Below are positions 19,389 through 28,934 of a DNA stretch of 64,000 nucleotides, piece after piece. The position numbers and the translations under genes were made by a program. Source of the stretch: an uncultured Pseudomonadales bacterium. Its GTDB lineage: Bacteria > Patescibacteriota > Microgenomatia > UBA1400 > MFAQ01. How positions within the stretch are numbered: the stretch's first letter is position 1; the number at the start of each line of letters is the position of its first letter. Under the pieces are notes generated by a model, which saw nothing but the letters and a program-made list of their open reading frames with translations, ran no database searches and was not told the DNA's origin. The DNA is taken from contig CAZYOB010000001.1 of the NCBI GenBank assembly GCA_964648275.1, positions 1,443-65,442 on the forward strand. The letters are read 5' to 3'.

Positions 19389-19892
19389 TTATTTAATTTT
19401 GAGCAACTTGTATTTTTTGTCGAGAAGCTCGATGTGCTTAAGGGCTTTGAAGGTAGCGCGGGCATTGGTGGTCTTGTTGTTCGATCCGAGGGATTTACAG
19501 ACGATGTCGGTAATACCAGCGGCTTCGACGACTGCGCGAACGGCAGAACCGGCAATGATACCAGTACCCTTGGGAGCGGGTCTAAGAAGAACTTCTGCGG
19601 CGCCAAATTTGGATTTGGTTTCGTAGGGAATAGTGCCTTCTTTGATAGGAACCATGACCAGGTCACGATTACCAAGGCGGATGGACTTCTTGATGGCATC
19701 GGCGACGTTAGGGGCTTTGGCGAGACCAAGACCGACCTTACCTTTTTTGTCTCCAGTAACAACGAGAGCGGAAAAGGCCACCTGACTACCACCTTGAGTT
19801 TTCTTGCTGACACGACGGATTTGAAGTACCTGCTCAAAACCTTCCGGTTGAGGGCGAGGACTATTTCGGTTGGGGGTTTGTGAATAAGCCAT
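19389..19892 (-). CDS. rpsE: 30S ribosomal protein S5
   Basis: dsRBD plus a C-terminal domain with 'GTGIIAG..VR'. Confidence 0.9.
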   Translation of the reverse strand: MAYSQTPNRNSPRPQPEGFEQVLQIRRVSKKTQGGSQVAFSALVVTGDKKGKVGLGLAKAPNVADAIKKSIRLGNRDLVMVPIKEGTIPYETKSKFGAAEVLLRPAPKGTGIIAGSAVRAVVEAAGITDIVCKSLGSNNKTTNARATFKALKHIELLDKKYKLLKIK

Positions 19893-19897
19893 ATTTT

Positions 19898-20245
19898 TTA
19901 GAATTTAATTCCTGATTGACGAACGGCTTCCGCAAGAGCCTTGACGCGGCCATGAAATCTGTATGATCCGCGATCAAAGACGACCTCGGTAACTTTTTTC
20001 TCCTTGGCCAGTTCGGCTATTTTTGTACCGACCTGAGTGGCGATTTCAACGTTAGTGCCTTTGGCATCTTTGATTGACTGAGATGAGAAACCGGCCAAAA
20101 CTTTGCCTGTTTTTTCGATGATCTGAGCAGAAATGTGTTGATTCGAACGAGAAACTACGAGCCTGGGTTTGAGCGACACTGCGAGAAGTGACCTTCTAAT
20201 GCGATGCTGCCTCTTGATTTTAGGGGTAAGATTTTTTTCTATCAT
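19898..20245 (-). CDS. rplR: 50S ribosomal protein L18
   Basis: 'RLVV.RSN.HI.AQ' L18 pattern. Confidence 0.9.
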   Translation of the reverse strand: MIEKNLTPKIKRQHRIRRSLLAVSLKPRLVVSRSNQHISAQIIEKTGKVLAGFSSQSIKDAKGTNVEIATQVGTKIAELAKEKKVTEVVFDRGSYRFHGRVKALAEAVRQSGIKF

Positions 20246-20251
20246 ATTCTT

Positions 20252-20800
20252 TTAGGCGGCTGATTTAGTGGCGGTCTTGCCCTGTTTCTTGATAACCACT
20301 TCGTCTGTGTAACGGATGCCCTTGCCCTTGTAAGGCTCAGGTTTCTTGATGGCTCTGATGTTAGCAGCTACTTGTCCGACCAATTGTTTGTCGATGCCGG
20401 AGATGTTGATCTTATCCTGGCCTTCAACAACCACACTGACTCCGTCTACTTTTTTGAAGATGACGGGATGGCTGTAACCAACAGAAAGAGAGATACCTTC
20501 GGGGTGAGCGGCAACACGATATCCTGTACCAACCAGTTGGAGTTGTTTGCTAAATCCGTCCACGACTCCGGTGGCGGCGTTTTGGGCGAGGCGGCGGATT
20601 AGTCCATGTAAAGCTTTGACTGCTGGGATTTCGGAGGTGCGGACAAAGTTTAAGACGTTATCTTTTTCCTCAACCTTGATGGTTTCGGGAAGGGTGACTT
20701 CCAGAGAACCTTTGGGGCCAGTGAATTTTAGAATCCCATCAACCTTCTCGTATTTTACCGAGTCTGGCAGGTGAAGGGGTTTGCGTCCTATGCGGCTCAT
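20252..20800 (-). CDS. rplF: 50S ribosomal protein L6
   Basis: 'MSRIGRKPL' N-terminus and two L6 domains. Confidence 0.9.
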   Translation of the reverse strand: MSRIGRKPLHLPDSVKYEKVDGILKFTGPKGSLEVTLPETIKVEEKDNVLNFVRTSEIPAVKALHGLIRRLAQNAATGVVDGFSKQLQLVGTGYRVAAHPEGISLSVGYSHPVIFKKVDGVSVVVEGQDKINISGIDKQLVGQVAANIRAIKKPEPYKGKGIRYTDEVVIKKQGKTATKSAA

Positions 20801-20823
20801 ATAATTTTTTTAAATAATGGTGT

Positions 20824-21213
20824 TTACCAAACTTGACAAATAATTTCTCCTCCGAGGTGGTTCTTCGAGGCTTGCTTACCGGCCATAAGGCCTTTAGAAG
20901 TGGAAACGATGGTAAGACCAGCTCCGGAAAGAGTAAGGGGGATCTCGTTGTAGGCTTTGTGAATTCTGACACTGGGTTTACTGACTCTCTTAATGCCGGC
21001 GATGGCAGGGAGATCTTTTTCGAAGTAACGGAGAGTAACGGTCAATTTTGAGACCGGTTTCTCTTCGATAACTGTAAAGTCAGAGACAAAACCTGCTTCT
21101 TTGAGAATCTTGACGATCTCAAGGCGGGTCTTCGAGACGTTGACAGTGATGGTTTCCCTCTTTGCGAGGTAACCGTTTCTTATAGCAGTAAGGAAGTCGG
21201 CGATAGTATCCAT
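20824..21213 (-). CDS. rpsH: 30S ribosomal protein S8
   Basis: 'DTIADFLTAIRNG' N-terminus and a C-terminal 'GGE..C.VW'. Confidence 0.9.
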   Translation of the reverse strand: MDTIADFLTAIRNGYLAKRETITVNVSKTRLEIVKILKEAGFVSDFTVIEEKPVSKLTVTLRYFEKDLPAIAGIKRVSKPSVRIHKAYNEIPLTLSGAGLTIVSTSKGLMAGKQASKNHLGGEIICQVW

Positions 21214-21214
21214 A

Positions 21215-21400
21215 TTATTTGCTCATTTTGTAAACTCCGGGGAGTTCACCTTTGTGGACTAATTTTCTAAAACAGTGACGGCAGATGCCAAAGAGACGAA
21301 TATATCCCCTGGGACGACCGCAAAGTTTGCAGCGATTGTGGTCTCGGGTCGAATGACCTTTGAGCTTTTTTGTTTTAGCGATTTTGCTTGTTTTAGCCAC
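21215..21400 (-). CDS. rpsZ: 30S ribosomal protein S14 type Z (zinc-binding)
   Basis: 61 aa with C..C...C..C. Confidence 0.9.
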   Translation of the reverse strand: MAKTSKIAKTKKLKGHSTRDHNRCKLCGRPRGYIRLFGICRHCFRKLVHKGELPGVYKMSK

Positions 21401-21420
21401 GATAGTTTGGTTTTAGTAAT

Positions 21421-21969
21421 TTAGGCTGTCTTTGTAAAAGGCATTCCAAGAGAGGTGAGAAGCTTTTCGGCCTGAGCGGAATCATCAGCAGAAGTGGAAA
21501 TTGTCATTTCTAGCCCTTGAATCCTGCCAATTTTATCATATTCGATCTCAGGGAACACGATCTGTTCGGAAAGTCCGAGAGTATAGTTGCCGTTTTTGTC
21601 GAAGGTGGTGCGGGAGACTCCCTGGAAATCTTTGATACGAGGAAGAACTATGCCAATCAATTTCTGGAAAAAATCATACATGCGGTCTCCCCTGAGAGTG
21701 GTTTTCAGACCGACAACATCACCCTCTCTTAGATTGAAAGCGGCGATGGACTTCTTAGAGCGGGTTTCCATAGGTGTTTGTCCGGTAATGGTGGAAAGCC
21801 AACCCTTGGTCTTGTCTAAGAATTCCTTGTCCGTCTTAAAGTCTTTGGAGCTGGTATTGACGGTGATCTTAACCATCTTAGGAACAGCTTCAATGCTCTT
21901 GAGTCCAAGCTCTTTTTGAAGAGCGGGGCGGATTTCTTTCTGGTATTGGTCTTTTAGTGTTTGGGTCAT
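21421..21969 (-). CDS. rplE: 50S ribosomal protein L5
   Basis: L5 signature and position between L24 and S14. Confidence 0.9.
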   Translation of the reverse strand: MTQTLKDQYQKEIRPALQKELGLKSIEAVPKMVKITVNTSSKDFKTDKEFLDKTKGWLSTITGQTPMETRSKKSIAAFNLREGDVVGLKTTLRGDRMYDFFQKLIGIVLPRIKDFQGVSRTTFDKNGNYTLGLSEQIVFPEIEYDKIGRIQGLEMTISTSADDSAQAEKLLTSLGMPFTKTA

Positions 21970-22301
21970 TTGCTTTTCTTAGTGGTAGTAGTGGCGTTTA
22001 TAACCTGGCGGCAGCGATGACAGACTCTGACCTTGGGTTCCTGGGAGGCATCAAAGCCAACTCTGGTAGGTTTGCCACAGGATGGGCAGACGAGGGCAAC
22101 GCTGGCAACTGAGAGTGCACGAGGAAGGGTGAGGATCTGACCGGCTTCATTACCCTTGGGTTTGATGTGTTTCTTATAGAGGTTAATACCTTCGACGAGT
22201 ACTTTGTGTGCTTTTGGATCGACCTCAAGGACCTTACCGGTCCGACCTTTGTCCTTACCAGCAGTAACTTGAATGGTGTCGTTGACTTTAAACTTGTACA
22301 T
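21966..22301 (-). CDS. rplX: 50S ribosomal protein L24 (with C4 zinc-ribbon-like insertion)
   Basis: KOW motif 'GKDKGRTGKV', and a C-terminal half with CPSC...CHRC. Confidence 0.9.
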   Translation of the reverse strand: MYKFKVNDTIQVTAGKDKGRTGKVLEVDPKAHKVLVEGINLYKKHIKPKGNEAGQILTLPRALSVASVALVCPSCGKPTRVGFDASQEPKVRVCHRCRQVINATTTTKKSK

Positions 22302-22313
22302 ATTCTTTTATTT

Positions 22314-22688
22314 TTATATGACCTCGGGAGCAAGAGAGGCTATCTTGGCGAAACCAGCTTCTTTTACCTCGCGGGCAACTGGTCCAAAAATACGGGTTCC
22401 AAGAGGTTGCTTTGAGCTAATGGAGTCAATAATAACGGCGGCGTTGTCATCGAATCTGACATAAGTACCATCCGGACGGCGTGTTTCTTTGCGAGTACGG
22501 ACAATAACGGCTTTGACCACCTGTTTGTCCTTGACCGCTCCGTTGGTATCGGCACCTTCGACAGCGGCTGTGACGATATCACCGATGTGACCGAATCTGC
22601 GGCGAGAACCTCCATGAACCAAAATCACTTTAATAAGCTTGGCTCCTGAATTGTCGGCAATGTTAAGTACGGATCTTAGCTGGATCAT
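22314..22688 (-). CDS. rplN: 50S ribosomal protein L14
   Basis: '[13 protein letters not shown]' signature. Confidence 0.9.
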   Translation of the reverse strand: MIQLRSVLNIADNSGAKLIKVILVHGGSRRRFGHIGDIVTAAVEGADTNGAVKDKQVVKAVIVRTRKETRRPDGTYVRFDDNAAVIIDSISSKQPLGTRIFGPVAREVKEAGFAKIASLAPEVI

Positions 22689-22912
22689 AGGACTTTAGTG
22701 ATTTGCCAGGCTTTGTTTTTGCTAATGGGTTTGGTCTCTTCCATAAGAACGGTATCGCCGGCTTTGGCACCGATCTCGTTGTGGGCAAGGTATGATTTGG
22801 TGACTTTTGAGCGTTTTAGGTATTTGGGGTGAACTTTGAACCTGGTAACGATCACGGTCGCACTCTTGGTCATTTTGTCACTCTTGACTACGCCTTGTAG
22901 ATGTTTCTTCAT
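22685..22912 (-). CDS. rpsQ: 30S ribosomal protein S17
   Basis: 75 aa with an OB fold. Confidence 0.9.
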   Translation of the reverse strand: MKKHLQGVVKSDKMTKSATVIVTRFKVHPKYLKRSKVTKSYLAHNEIGAKAGDTVLMEETKPISKNKAWQITKVL

Positions 22913-23067
22913 AGACTTTTTGATTTAGTTAGCAACTGAGCAATTTCTTTTTTAAGCTTTTTATGAGCATTGGTGTTTTTTTCCTGCCCGGCTTTTATGG
23001 ATAGCTTAACCGAGACCAATTTGGTCTTAAGTTCAGCCAGATTTGTTTGGAGATCGCTTTTAGTCAT
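22909..23067 (-). CDS. rpmC: 50S ribosomal protein L29
   Basis: I set the start at MTKSDL, because the upstream part of the track ORF overlaps rplP. This gives a 52-aa helical hairpin. Confidence 0.8.
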   Translation of the reverse strand: MTKSDLQTNLAELKTKLVSVKLSIKAGQEKNTNAHKKLKKEIAQLLTKSKSL

Positions 23068-23473
23068 TGTTTTTTTCGATAAATTTGGTTTTAACAGAAA
23101 GCTTGTGACTGGCGAGGCGGATAGCTTCGGAGGCGATTTCACGAGATACTCCGGAGATTTCCATGAGGATCTGGCCGGGTTTGACTACGGCAACGTAACC
23201 TGAGATATCGGCTTTTCCGGAACCCATACGAGCACCAGCAACTTTGTTGGTGATAGGTTTGTGGGGGAAGACTCTGAGGAAGAATTTACCTACACGCTTG
23301 GTGTGGTGAGTGATGGTACGCCTGGCCGACTCAATTTCGGCAGCAGAGAGCCAACCACATTCCTGGGTTTTGATACCGAAGTCTCCGTAGGAAAGAGTAT
23401 TGCTTCGGGTGGCAATTCCGGACATTGTGCCTCGGAACTCTTTTCTATATTTTCGTCTTGCGGGTTGTAGCAT
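23060..23473 (-). CDS. rplP: 50S ribosomal protein L16
   Basis: 'MLQPARRKYRK' N-terminus. Confidence 0.9.
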   Translation of the reverse strand: MLQPARRKYRKEFRGTMSGIATRSNTLSYGDFGIKTQECGWLSAAEIESARRTITHHTKRVGKFFLRVFPHKPITNKVAGARMGSGKADISGYVAVVKPGQILMEISGVSREIASEAIRLASHKLSVKTKFIEKNND

Positions 23474-23482
23474 GTTAGTAAT

Positions 23483-24136
23483 TTATTTAGCTAATACGTC
23501 TCCGGTGTAGATCCAGACTTTGACACCAACATATCCGGACCTTGTCAGTGCAGGGAGTTCGGCATAATCTATATTGGCTCTTAAAGTTTGGGTGGGAACG
23601 CGACCTTGCTTAAAAGACTCTTGTCTGGCAATTTCTGCTCCGTCAATCCTTCCGGAAAACATTATTTTAACACCTTTTGCCCCTGCAGCCATGACTTTCT
23701 CAATTGCCTGGTTGGCAGCGCGGCGGAAAGGATAGCGGTGAGCGAGTTGGTTGGCAAGGCGATCGGCGATGATGGCGGAGCTGAGATCGGGGATCTTGAT
23801 CTCCATGGGGTGAAGGTTGACCTTGATGGCGCTCTTGGTCTTATATATACCGAGAAGTTTTTCAACTTCTTTTTTGAGAGCTTCAAGGGAAGACCCTCCA
23901 CGGCCGATAACAACACCGGGACGGGAAACGTACATGAAGATGTCGACTGTGTTGATAGAACGCTTGATCTCAATAGTGGTGATGCCGGCAAGCTTCAGTT
24001 TTTCCTCCAAGAACCTGCGGATCTTGTTATCCTCAATGACAAATTTGGAATAGTTTTGCTCTGTGGCAAACCAAACCGATTTTGTCGGGAATATGACTCC
24101 GGTACGGAAGCTGGTAGGATGGACTTTTTTACCCAT
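23483..24136 (-). CDS. rpsC: 30S ribosomal protein S3
   Basis: KH domain 'GKKVHP' N-terminus, 217 aa. Confidence 0.9.
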   Translation of the reverse strand: MGKKVHPTSFRTGVIFPTKSVWFATEQNYSKFVIEDNKIRRFLEEKLKLAGITTIEIKRSINTVDIFMYVSRPGVVIGRGGSSLEALKKEVEKLLGIYKTKSAIKVNLHPMEIKIPDLSSAIIADRLANQLAHRYPFRRAANQAIEKVMAAGAKGVKIMFSGRIDGAEIARQESFKQGRVPTQTLRANIDYAELPALTRSGYVGVKVWIYTGDVLAK

Positions 24137-24138
24137 GT

Positions 24139-24600
24139 TTATTTAGTTTTCTTAGTTGTTTTAACAGCCTTAGTTTTGGCAGCTACCTTTGGCTCTTCAA
24201 CTTTCTCTGCTTTGGGAGCAGCGACTTTGGGAGCCTGGATGGCGGGAGCTTCTTGAATTCTAAGGTTCAGAGTAAGGTGGGAGGCGATGCGCTCGTAAGG
24301 CTTGGTGCGACCACGACCACCGATGTGAGCGCGTTTGAGTGTGCGGCCCTTGGTGGCGAAGGCAGAATCAATGACCAATGAGTCTGGAGAGGCCGAGTGA
24401 AGAGAAACAGCATTGCCGATAGCTTGTTTGATGAGCTTGGCGACCGGATCTGCAGCTCTTTGGGGAGTGAGGGTCAGTTGTTTGAGTACCAGAGTGGCAC
24501 GACGGCCGACGATTGCCTCGAGAAGCAAGTTAGCTTTTCTGGGAGAAACCAGAACGTGTTGGGCGCGAGCAACGATGATTGTAGGATTAGTTTTAGCCAT
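24139..24600 (-). CDS. rplV: 50S ribosomal protein L22 (with Lys/Ala-rich C-terminal extension)
   Basis: L22 core followed by an 'AAPKAEKVEEPKVAAKTKAVK' tail. Confidence 0.9.
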   Translation of the reverse strand: MAKTNPTIIVARAQHVLVSPRKANLLLEAIVGRRATLVLKQLTLTPQRAADPVAKLIKQAIGNAVSLHSASPDSLVIDSAFATKGRTLKRAHIGGRGRTKPYERIASHLTLNLRIQEAPAIQAPKVAAPKAEKVEEPKVAAKTKAVKTTKKTK

Positions 24601-24606
24601 ATTATT

Positions 24607-24891
24607 TTAGGTCTTGCTTAGAAGTCTCTTAACCATACGTCCGTGGCCACGGAAGGTACGAGTGGGAGAGAATTCACCCAAGCGGTGACCAACCATGTCT
24701 TCGGTAACAAAAACTTCTTTAAATATCTTGCCGTTGTGAACAAGGAAGGTGTAGCCGACGAATTCAGGAGGAATCTGACTATTTCTGGCCCAGGTCTTGA
24801 TACCTTCTTTTTTTCCGGCAGCCTTAAGACGCTCAACTTTTTGGATGAGCCTCTCGTTTACGTATGGTCCTTTTTTAGAGCTTCTAGACAT
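24607..24891 (-). CDS. rpsS: 30S ribosomal protein S19
   Basis: '[11 protein letters not shown]' N-terminus and a 'HNGK' motif. Confidence 0.9.
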   Translation of the reverse strand: MSRSSKKGPYVNERLIQKVERLKAAGKKEGIKTWARNSQIPPEFVGYTFLVHNGKIFKEVFVTEDMVGHRLGEFSPTRTFRGHGRMVKRLLSKT

Positions 24892-24901
24892 ATTGATTTA
24901 T

Positions 24902-25660
24902 TTATTTTTTGCCACGACGTTTGATAATGAGGTGGTTGCTGTGTTTCTTTTTATTTCTGGTGCGGACACCCATGACGCGTTTACCGTAGACAGATTTAGG
25001 CGATTTGAGACCGATTCCGGATCTTCCTTCACCTCCACCGTGTGGATGAGAGCGGGGATCCTGGGCGACACCACGAACGGTTGGGCGGCGGCCCATGTGT
25101 CTGGCACGACCGGCTGAACCAATTTGTTCTTCTTTGTGATGTTCCTGTCCAAGAGCACCGACGGTAGCCTTGGCGGCGGGATTGAAAGAGCGGATCTCAC
25201 CAGACGGGAGTTTGACCAAAATTTTATCCTCTTCTTTCGATTGGACGACGGCGAAGTTACCGGCCGAACGAACCATTTGAGCGCCTTTACCCGGCATGAT
25301 TTCTAAGTTGTGGATCTGGACACCAATGGGGATGTTCCTTAAGGGAAGGCAGTTGCCTGTTTTTATTTCAGCGGCTTCGGAAGATTGAATAAGATCACCA
25401 ATCTTGAGTCCCTGAGGAGCAAGGATGTAGTCTTTGAGTCCATTCTGGTATGCAAGAAGAGCTATCTCGACTGTGCGGTTTGGATCGTACTGAATGGAAA
25501 TGACTTTGGCAGGAACCGAGGTGTTTCGTTTCCAATCGATGTGTCTTAACTGTCTCTTTTCGCGGCCACCCTGGTGACGGACTGTGATCTTTCCGGAGGA
25601 GTTCCTACCAGAAGACTTGGGGTTAATTCGTTTTAGACGTTTTGGTACTGCGACTTTCAT
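24902..25660 (-). CDS. rplB: 50S ribosomal protein L2
   Basis: 'GGGEGRSGIG', 'HPHGGGEG' and 'YDPNR' motifs. Confidence 0.9.
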   Translation of the reverse strand: MKVAVPKRLKRINPKSSGRNSSGKITVRHQGGREKRQLRHIDWKRNTSVPAKVISIQYDPNRTVEIALLAYQNGLKDYILAPQGLKIGDLIQSSEAAEIKTGNCLPLRNIPIGVQIHNLEIMPGKGAQMVRSAGNFAVVQSKEEDKILVKLPSGEIRSFNPAAKATVGALGQEHHKEEQIGSAGRARHMGRRPTVRGVAQDPRSHPHGGGEGRSGIGLKSPKSVYGKRVMGVRTRNKKKHSNHLIIKRRGKK

Positions 25661-25666
25661 ATGTTT

Positions 25667-25975
25667 TTATGAATTGAGAGCGGAGAAGATCTCGATCTTC
25701 TGACCTTTCTTGATTTGAACTATGGCTTTCTTGGTAACCGGAAGGTTGACATATTTACCCGTTTTCATAGAGCGGACGGTGCGAGAGGCTTTTTTGACGG
25801 TGCTGACATTAAGAACATCAACTTTGAAAAGGTCTTTGACGGCCTGCTTGATCTGGTTTTTGTTGGCTTGAGGGTCAACTCTGAATACATACTTGTCCAG
25901 AGCTGCCAATCCGTAGCTCTTTTCAGTAATGACAGGTTTAATAATGGTATTTTGATGAATAAGTGGAGTAGACAT
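25667..25975 (-). CDS. rplW: 50S ribosomal protein L23
   Basis: 102 aa with 'PVITEKS'. Confidence 0.9.
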   Translation of the reverse strand: MSTPLIHQNTIIKPVITEKSYGLAALDKYVFRVDPQANKNQIKQAVKDLFKVDVLNVSTVKKASRTVRSMKTGKYVNLPVTKKAIVQIKKGQKIEIFSALNS

Positions 25976-25976
25976 A

Positions 25977-26612
25977 TTATTTAGTGGTTGCTTTCTTAAC
26001 TAGGCTGACCTTTTTACCCAAGTAGTCAAGAGCTGTGGCGGTGAGGATGACCTTACCGCTTTGGGCGACTTTGTAAGCGTTCAGACGATTAGCTGCAAGA
26101 AGAGTGAGTCCTTTGACGTTACTGAGGGATTTGAGTAGCTCTGGAGTGTCTCCGAAATGAACCAGAGAGGTTTTCTGCTTGTCATAACCTTCAGGAAGGA
26201 GCTTGATGGCCTTCTTGGTGGATTTGTCTTTGAGTTCTTTGCTATCCAAAAGAGAAAGTCTATCTTCGGCGCGATAGAGAGTGAGAATGCCTGCCAGAGC
26301 TTTAAGTTTCATCTTCTGATTGAAAGATTTAAGGGGTGTAGCAAGACCGGTGGGACCGAAGACAACACCACCTCCAACGAAGATGGGAGCCGACTTGGCG
26401 CCGTGACGGGCGTTACCAGTACCTTTTTGTTTGTAGATCTTGCGAGTGGAAGCAGTGACTTCTCCACGAGTTTTTACCTTGGCAACTCCACGGTGAGAGT
26501 TAGCTTGGTAGATGTAAATGGCTTGAGAAATCAAAGAAGGAGAGACTTCGACATTGAAGACACTAAAATCAGGAGCGATTGAAGTAGTAGCGGTGGTTTT
26601 TTTGGTAGGCAT
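25977..26612 (-). CDS. rplD: 50S ribosomal protein L4
   Basis: 211 aa with a 'KQKGTGNARHG' loop. Confidence 0.9.
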   Translation of the reverse strand: MPTKKTTATTSIAPDFSVFNVEVSPSLISQAIYIYQANSHRGVAKVKTRGEVTASTRKIYKQKGTGNARHGAKSAPIFVGGGVVFGPTGLATPLKSFNQKMKLKALAGILTLYRAEDRLSLLDSKELKDKSTKKAIKLLPEGYDKQKTSLVHFGDTPELLKSLSNVKGLTLLAANRLNAYKVAQSGKVILTATALDYLGKKVSLVKKATTK

Positions 26613-26617
26613 GAGTA

Positions 26618-27244
26618 TTAGGCTTTTTTGGTAACAGTTAAACGCACGAGTGTACCTCTGGAACCAGGAAGGGGACCGGTGACGGCCAGTTTTCCAGTGG
26701 CGGCATCAAATGAGTGAATGGTCAAGTTACTGATATAGATATTTTCTGAACCCATGTGGCCGGCCATTTTTTTACCTTTAAGAACGCGGCCAGGGGTGGT
26801 GCCTCTGCCGATAGAACCTGGGGCACGAGCTCTGTCTGACTGACCGTGAGTGCGGGGACCGCCGTGGAAACCGTAGCGTTTCATAACACCGGCAGTGCCT
26901 TTTCCTTTGGAAACAGAAGTGACTGAAACGGTCGATCCGACGGTTAAAACCTCGGCCAAGTTAATTTCTGATTTGGCTTCGGCTGTTTCTTCGGTGCGAA
27001 CTTCACGAATATTCTTAGGGGTAAAGTCTAGACCAACCTTTTTAAGGAAGTTGGCTAAGGGCTTGTTAGCAGTCTTTTTACGGGAATCAACACCAAGTAT
27101 TTGGGCGGTGTAACCGTCTTTTTCTTGTGTTTTATTGCCAAGAACCACATGACGACCTACCGTAAGCACGGTAAGAGGAACTCTTTTACCTTCGGCGAAG
27201 GTTTGAGTCATGTCTGTCTTGACTGCGTATATTTTATTAATCAT
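26618..27244 (-). CDS. rplC: 50S ribosomal protein L3
   Basis: 208 aa with 'GKGTAGVMKRYGF.GG'. Confidence 0.9.
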   Translation of the reverse strand: MINKIYAVKTDMTQTFAEGKRVPLTVLTVGRHVVLGNKTQEKDGYTAQILGVDSRKKTANKPLANFLKKVGLDFTPKNIREVRTEETAEAKSEINLAEVLTVGSTVSVTSVSKGKGTAGVMKRYGFHGGPRTHGQSDRARAPGSIGRGTTPGRVLKGKKMAGHMGSENIYISNLTIHSFDAATGKLAVTGPLPGSRGTLVRLTVTKKA

Positions 27245-27249
27245 GTTTT

Positions 27250-27280
27250 TTCAGAAAAACGTCCCCGGATTTCCGGGGGA
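27250..27280 (-). promoter_or_regulatory. GC-rich hairpin plus U-run between rpsJ and rplC (attenuator/terminator-like)
   Basis: On the minus strand: TCCCCCGGA-AAT-CCGGGGA followed by CGTTTTTCTG, about 6 nt upstream of the rplC ATG. Confidence 0.35.
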
Positions 27281-27336
27281 CCCGAAAATCAGAATTGGAG
27301 TTTTGTTTTAGTAATTTAATGTTTGCATAGCGCGAC

Positions 27337-27648
27337 CTACATTTTGATCTCAATGCCGACACCGGCAGGTAGATCCAAATGCTGGAGGGAGTCAATGGTT
27401 TTATTAGTAGGAGAAACTATATCGATGAGTCTCTTGTGAGTGAGAACAGCGTACTGTTCACGGGAGTCCTTGTCGGTGTGAGGTGAAGCGAGAACGACAA
27501 TGGTCTTTTTTTTGGTGGGCAGAGGTACAGGACCAACCACGTTGGCTCCAGAGACTAGCGCGGCTTGAATGATTTTCTTGGCCGCCTCGTCAATGACGCG
27601 GTGATCAAATGACTTTAATTTAACACGAATACGTGGTTGGTCCTGCAT
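27337..27648 (-). CDS. rpsJ: 30S ribosomal protein S10
   Basis: 'RIRVKLKSFDH' signature. Confidence 0.9.
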   Translation of the reverse strand: MQDQPRIRVKLKSFDHRVIDEAAKKIIQAALVSGANVVGPVPLPTKKKTIVVLASPHTDKDSREQYAVLTHKRLIDIVSPTNKTIDSLQHLDLPAGVGIEIKM

Positions 27649-27692
27649 ATGAAGTTTTTACAAAGTGCTAATTTTTTGAGACTTGGTTAGTC

Positions 27693-28868
27693 TTAGGCGA
27701 TGATCTTGGTAATTACACCGGCACCGACGGTCAGACCACCTTCGCGGATAGCGAAGCGTTGGCCATCTTCCATGGCGATGGGGGCGATAAGTTCGACAGA
27801 CATCTTGGCGTTGTCACCAGGCATGATCATCTCTACACCTTCGGGGAGTTTTACCTCACCGGTAACATCAGTGGTGCGGATAAAGAACTGAGGTTTGTAT
27901 CCTGTGAAAAGAGGAGTGTGGCGACCACCTTCATCTTTACCGAGGATGTAACCTTCAGCTTCGAATTTGGTGTGAGGAGTGATCGAGTTGGCCTTGGCTA
28001 ATACCTGTCCTCTTTGAACATCGTCTTTTTCAATACCACGAAGGAGAAGACCGACGTTGTCACCAGCCTGACCCTGTTCGAGCTGTTGGTGGAACATTTC
28101 TACACCGGTAACAACTGATTTGGCGGTAGCTTTAAGACCAACGATCTCAATTTCGTCACCGATCTTGACTACACCTCTCTCGATACGACCAGTTACGACT
28201 GTTCCACGACCCTTGATCGAGAAAACGTCTTCAACGGGCATGAGGAAGGGTTTGTCGAGGTCACGGACCGGATCTGGGATCCATTCGTCAACTGTGTCCA
28301 TGAGCTTCATAATGCCTTCTTGAGCGGCTTTGTCGCCTTCAAGGGCCTTAAGAGCGGAAACACGGATGATAGGAGTATCTTCTTCGAACTTGTATTTCTT
28401 GAGAAGTTCACGGATTTCCATTTCGACCAACTCGAGAAGTTCGGGGTCGGAAACGGCATCGACTTTGTTCAAGGCAACTACGATACGAGGAACGTTGACC
28501 TGGTGAGCAAGAAGAAGATGCTCTTTGGTCTGGGGCATAGGACCGTCAGTGGCAGCAACGACCAAGATAGCACCGTCCATCTGAGCGGCACCGGTAATCA
28601 TGTTCTTGATGTAGTCACGGTGACCAGGACAGTCAATGTGAGCGTAGTGGCGTTTTTTGGTCTCGTAAGGGACGTGAGAGATTTGAATCGTAACACCACG
28701 AGCTCTCTCTTCGGGAGAGGAGTCGATTTTGTCGAATGCGAGGGCCTCGGCTAATCCTTGAGATGCAAGGGTGGTGGTAATAGCGGCAGTAAGAGTGGTC
28801 TTACCGTGGTCGACGTGACCAATGGTACCGATATTTACGTGAGGCTTTGTGCGAGAAAATGTAGCCAT
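27693..28868 (-). CDS. tuf: Elongation factor Tu
   Basis: '[13 protein letters not shown]', 'DCPGH' and 'NKVD' motifs, 391 aa. Confidence 0.95.
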   Translation of the reverse strand: MATFSRTKPHVNIGTIGHVDHGKTTLTAAITTTLASQGLAEALAFDKIDSSPEERARGVTIQISHVPYETKKRHYAHIDCPGHRDYIKNMITGAAQMDGAILVVAATDGPMPQTKEHLLLAHQVNVPRIVVALNKVDAVSDPELLELVEMEIRELLKKYKFEEDTPIIRVSALKALEGDKAAQEGIMKLMDTVDEWIPDPVRDLDKPFLMPVEDVFSIKGRGTVVTGRIERGVVKIGDEIEIVGLKATAKSVVTGVEMFHQQLEQGQAGDNVGLLLRGIEKDDVQRGQVLAKANSITPHTKFEAEGYILGKDEGGRHTPLFTGYKPQFFIRTTDVTGEVKLPEGVEMIMPGDNAKMSVELIAPIAMEDGQRFAIREGGLTVGAGVITKIIA

Positions 28869-28934
28869 ATTTGTTTAATTATTATTTAATTACTAATTTT
28901 ATTTTTAGCGTTTGCGATTATATCAGATTTTAAG

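Noticed and set aside
23588-24256. 222-aa plus-strand ORF (and many similar ones, e.g. 35628..36086, 37980..38453, 52472..53014, 59566..60264)
   Set aside because: These lie antisense within highly conserved genes (rpsC, rpsG, rpoC, ftsK, pnp). Gly/Asp/Val-rich shadow ORFs are expected opposite GC-richer coding strands.
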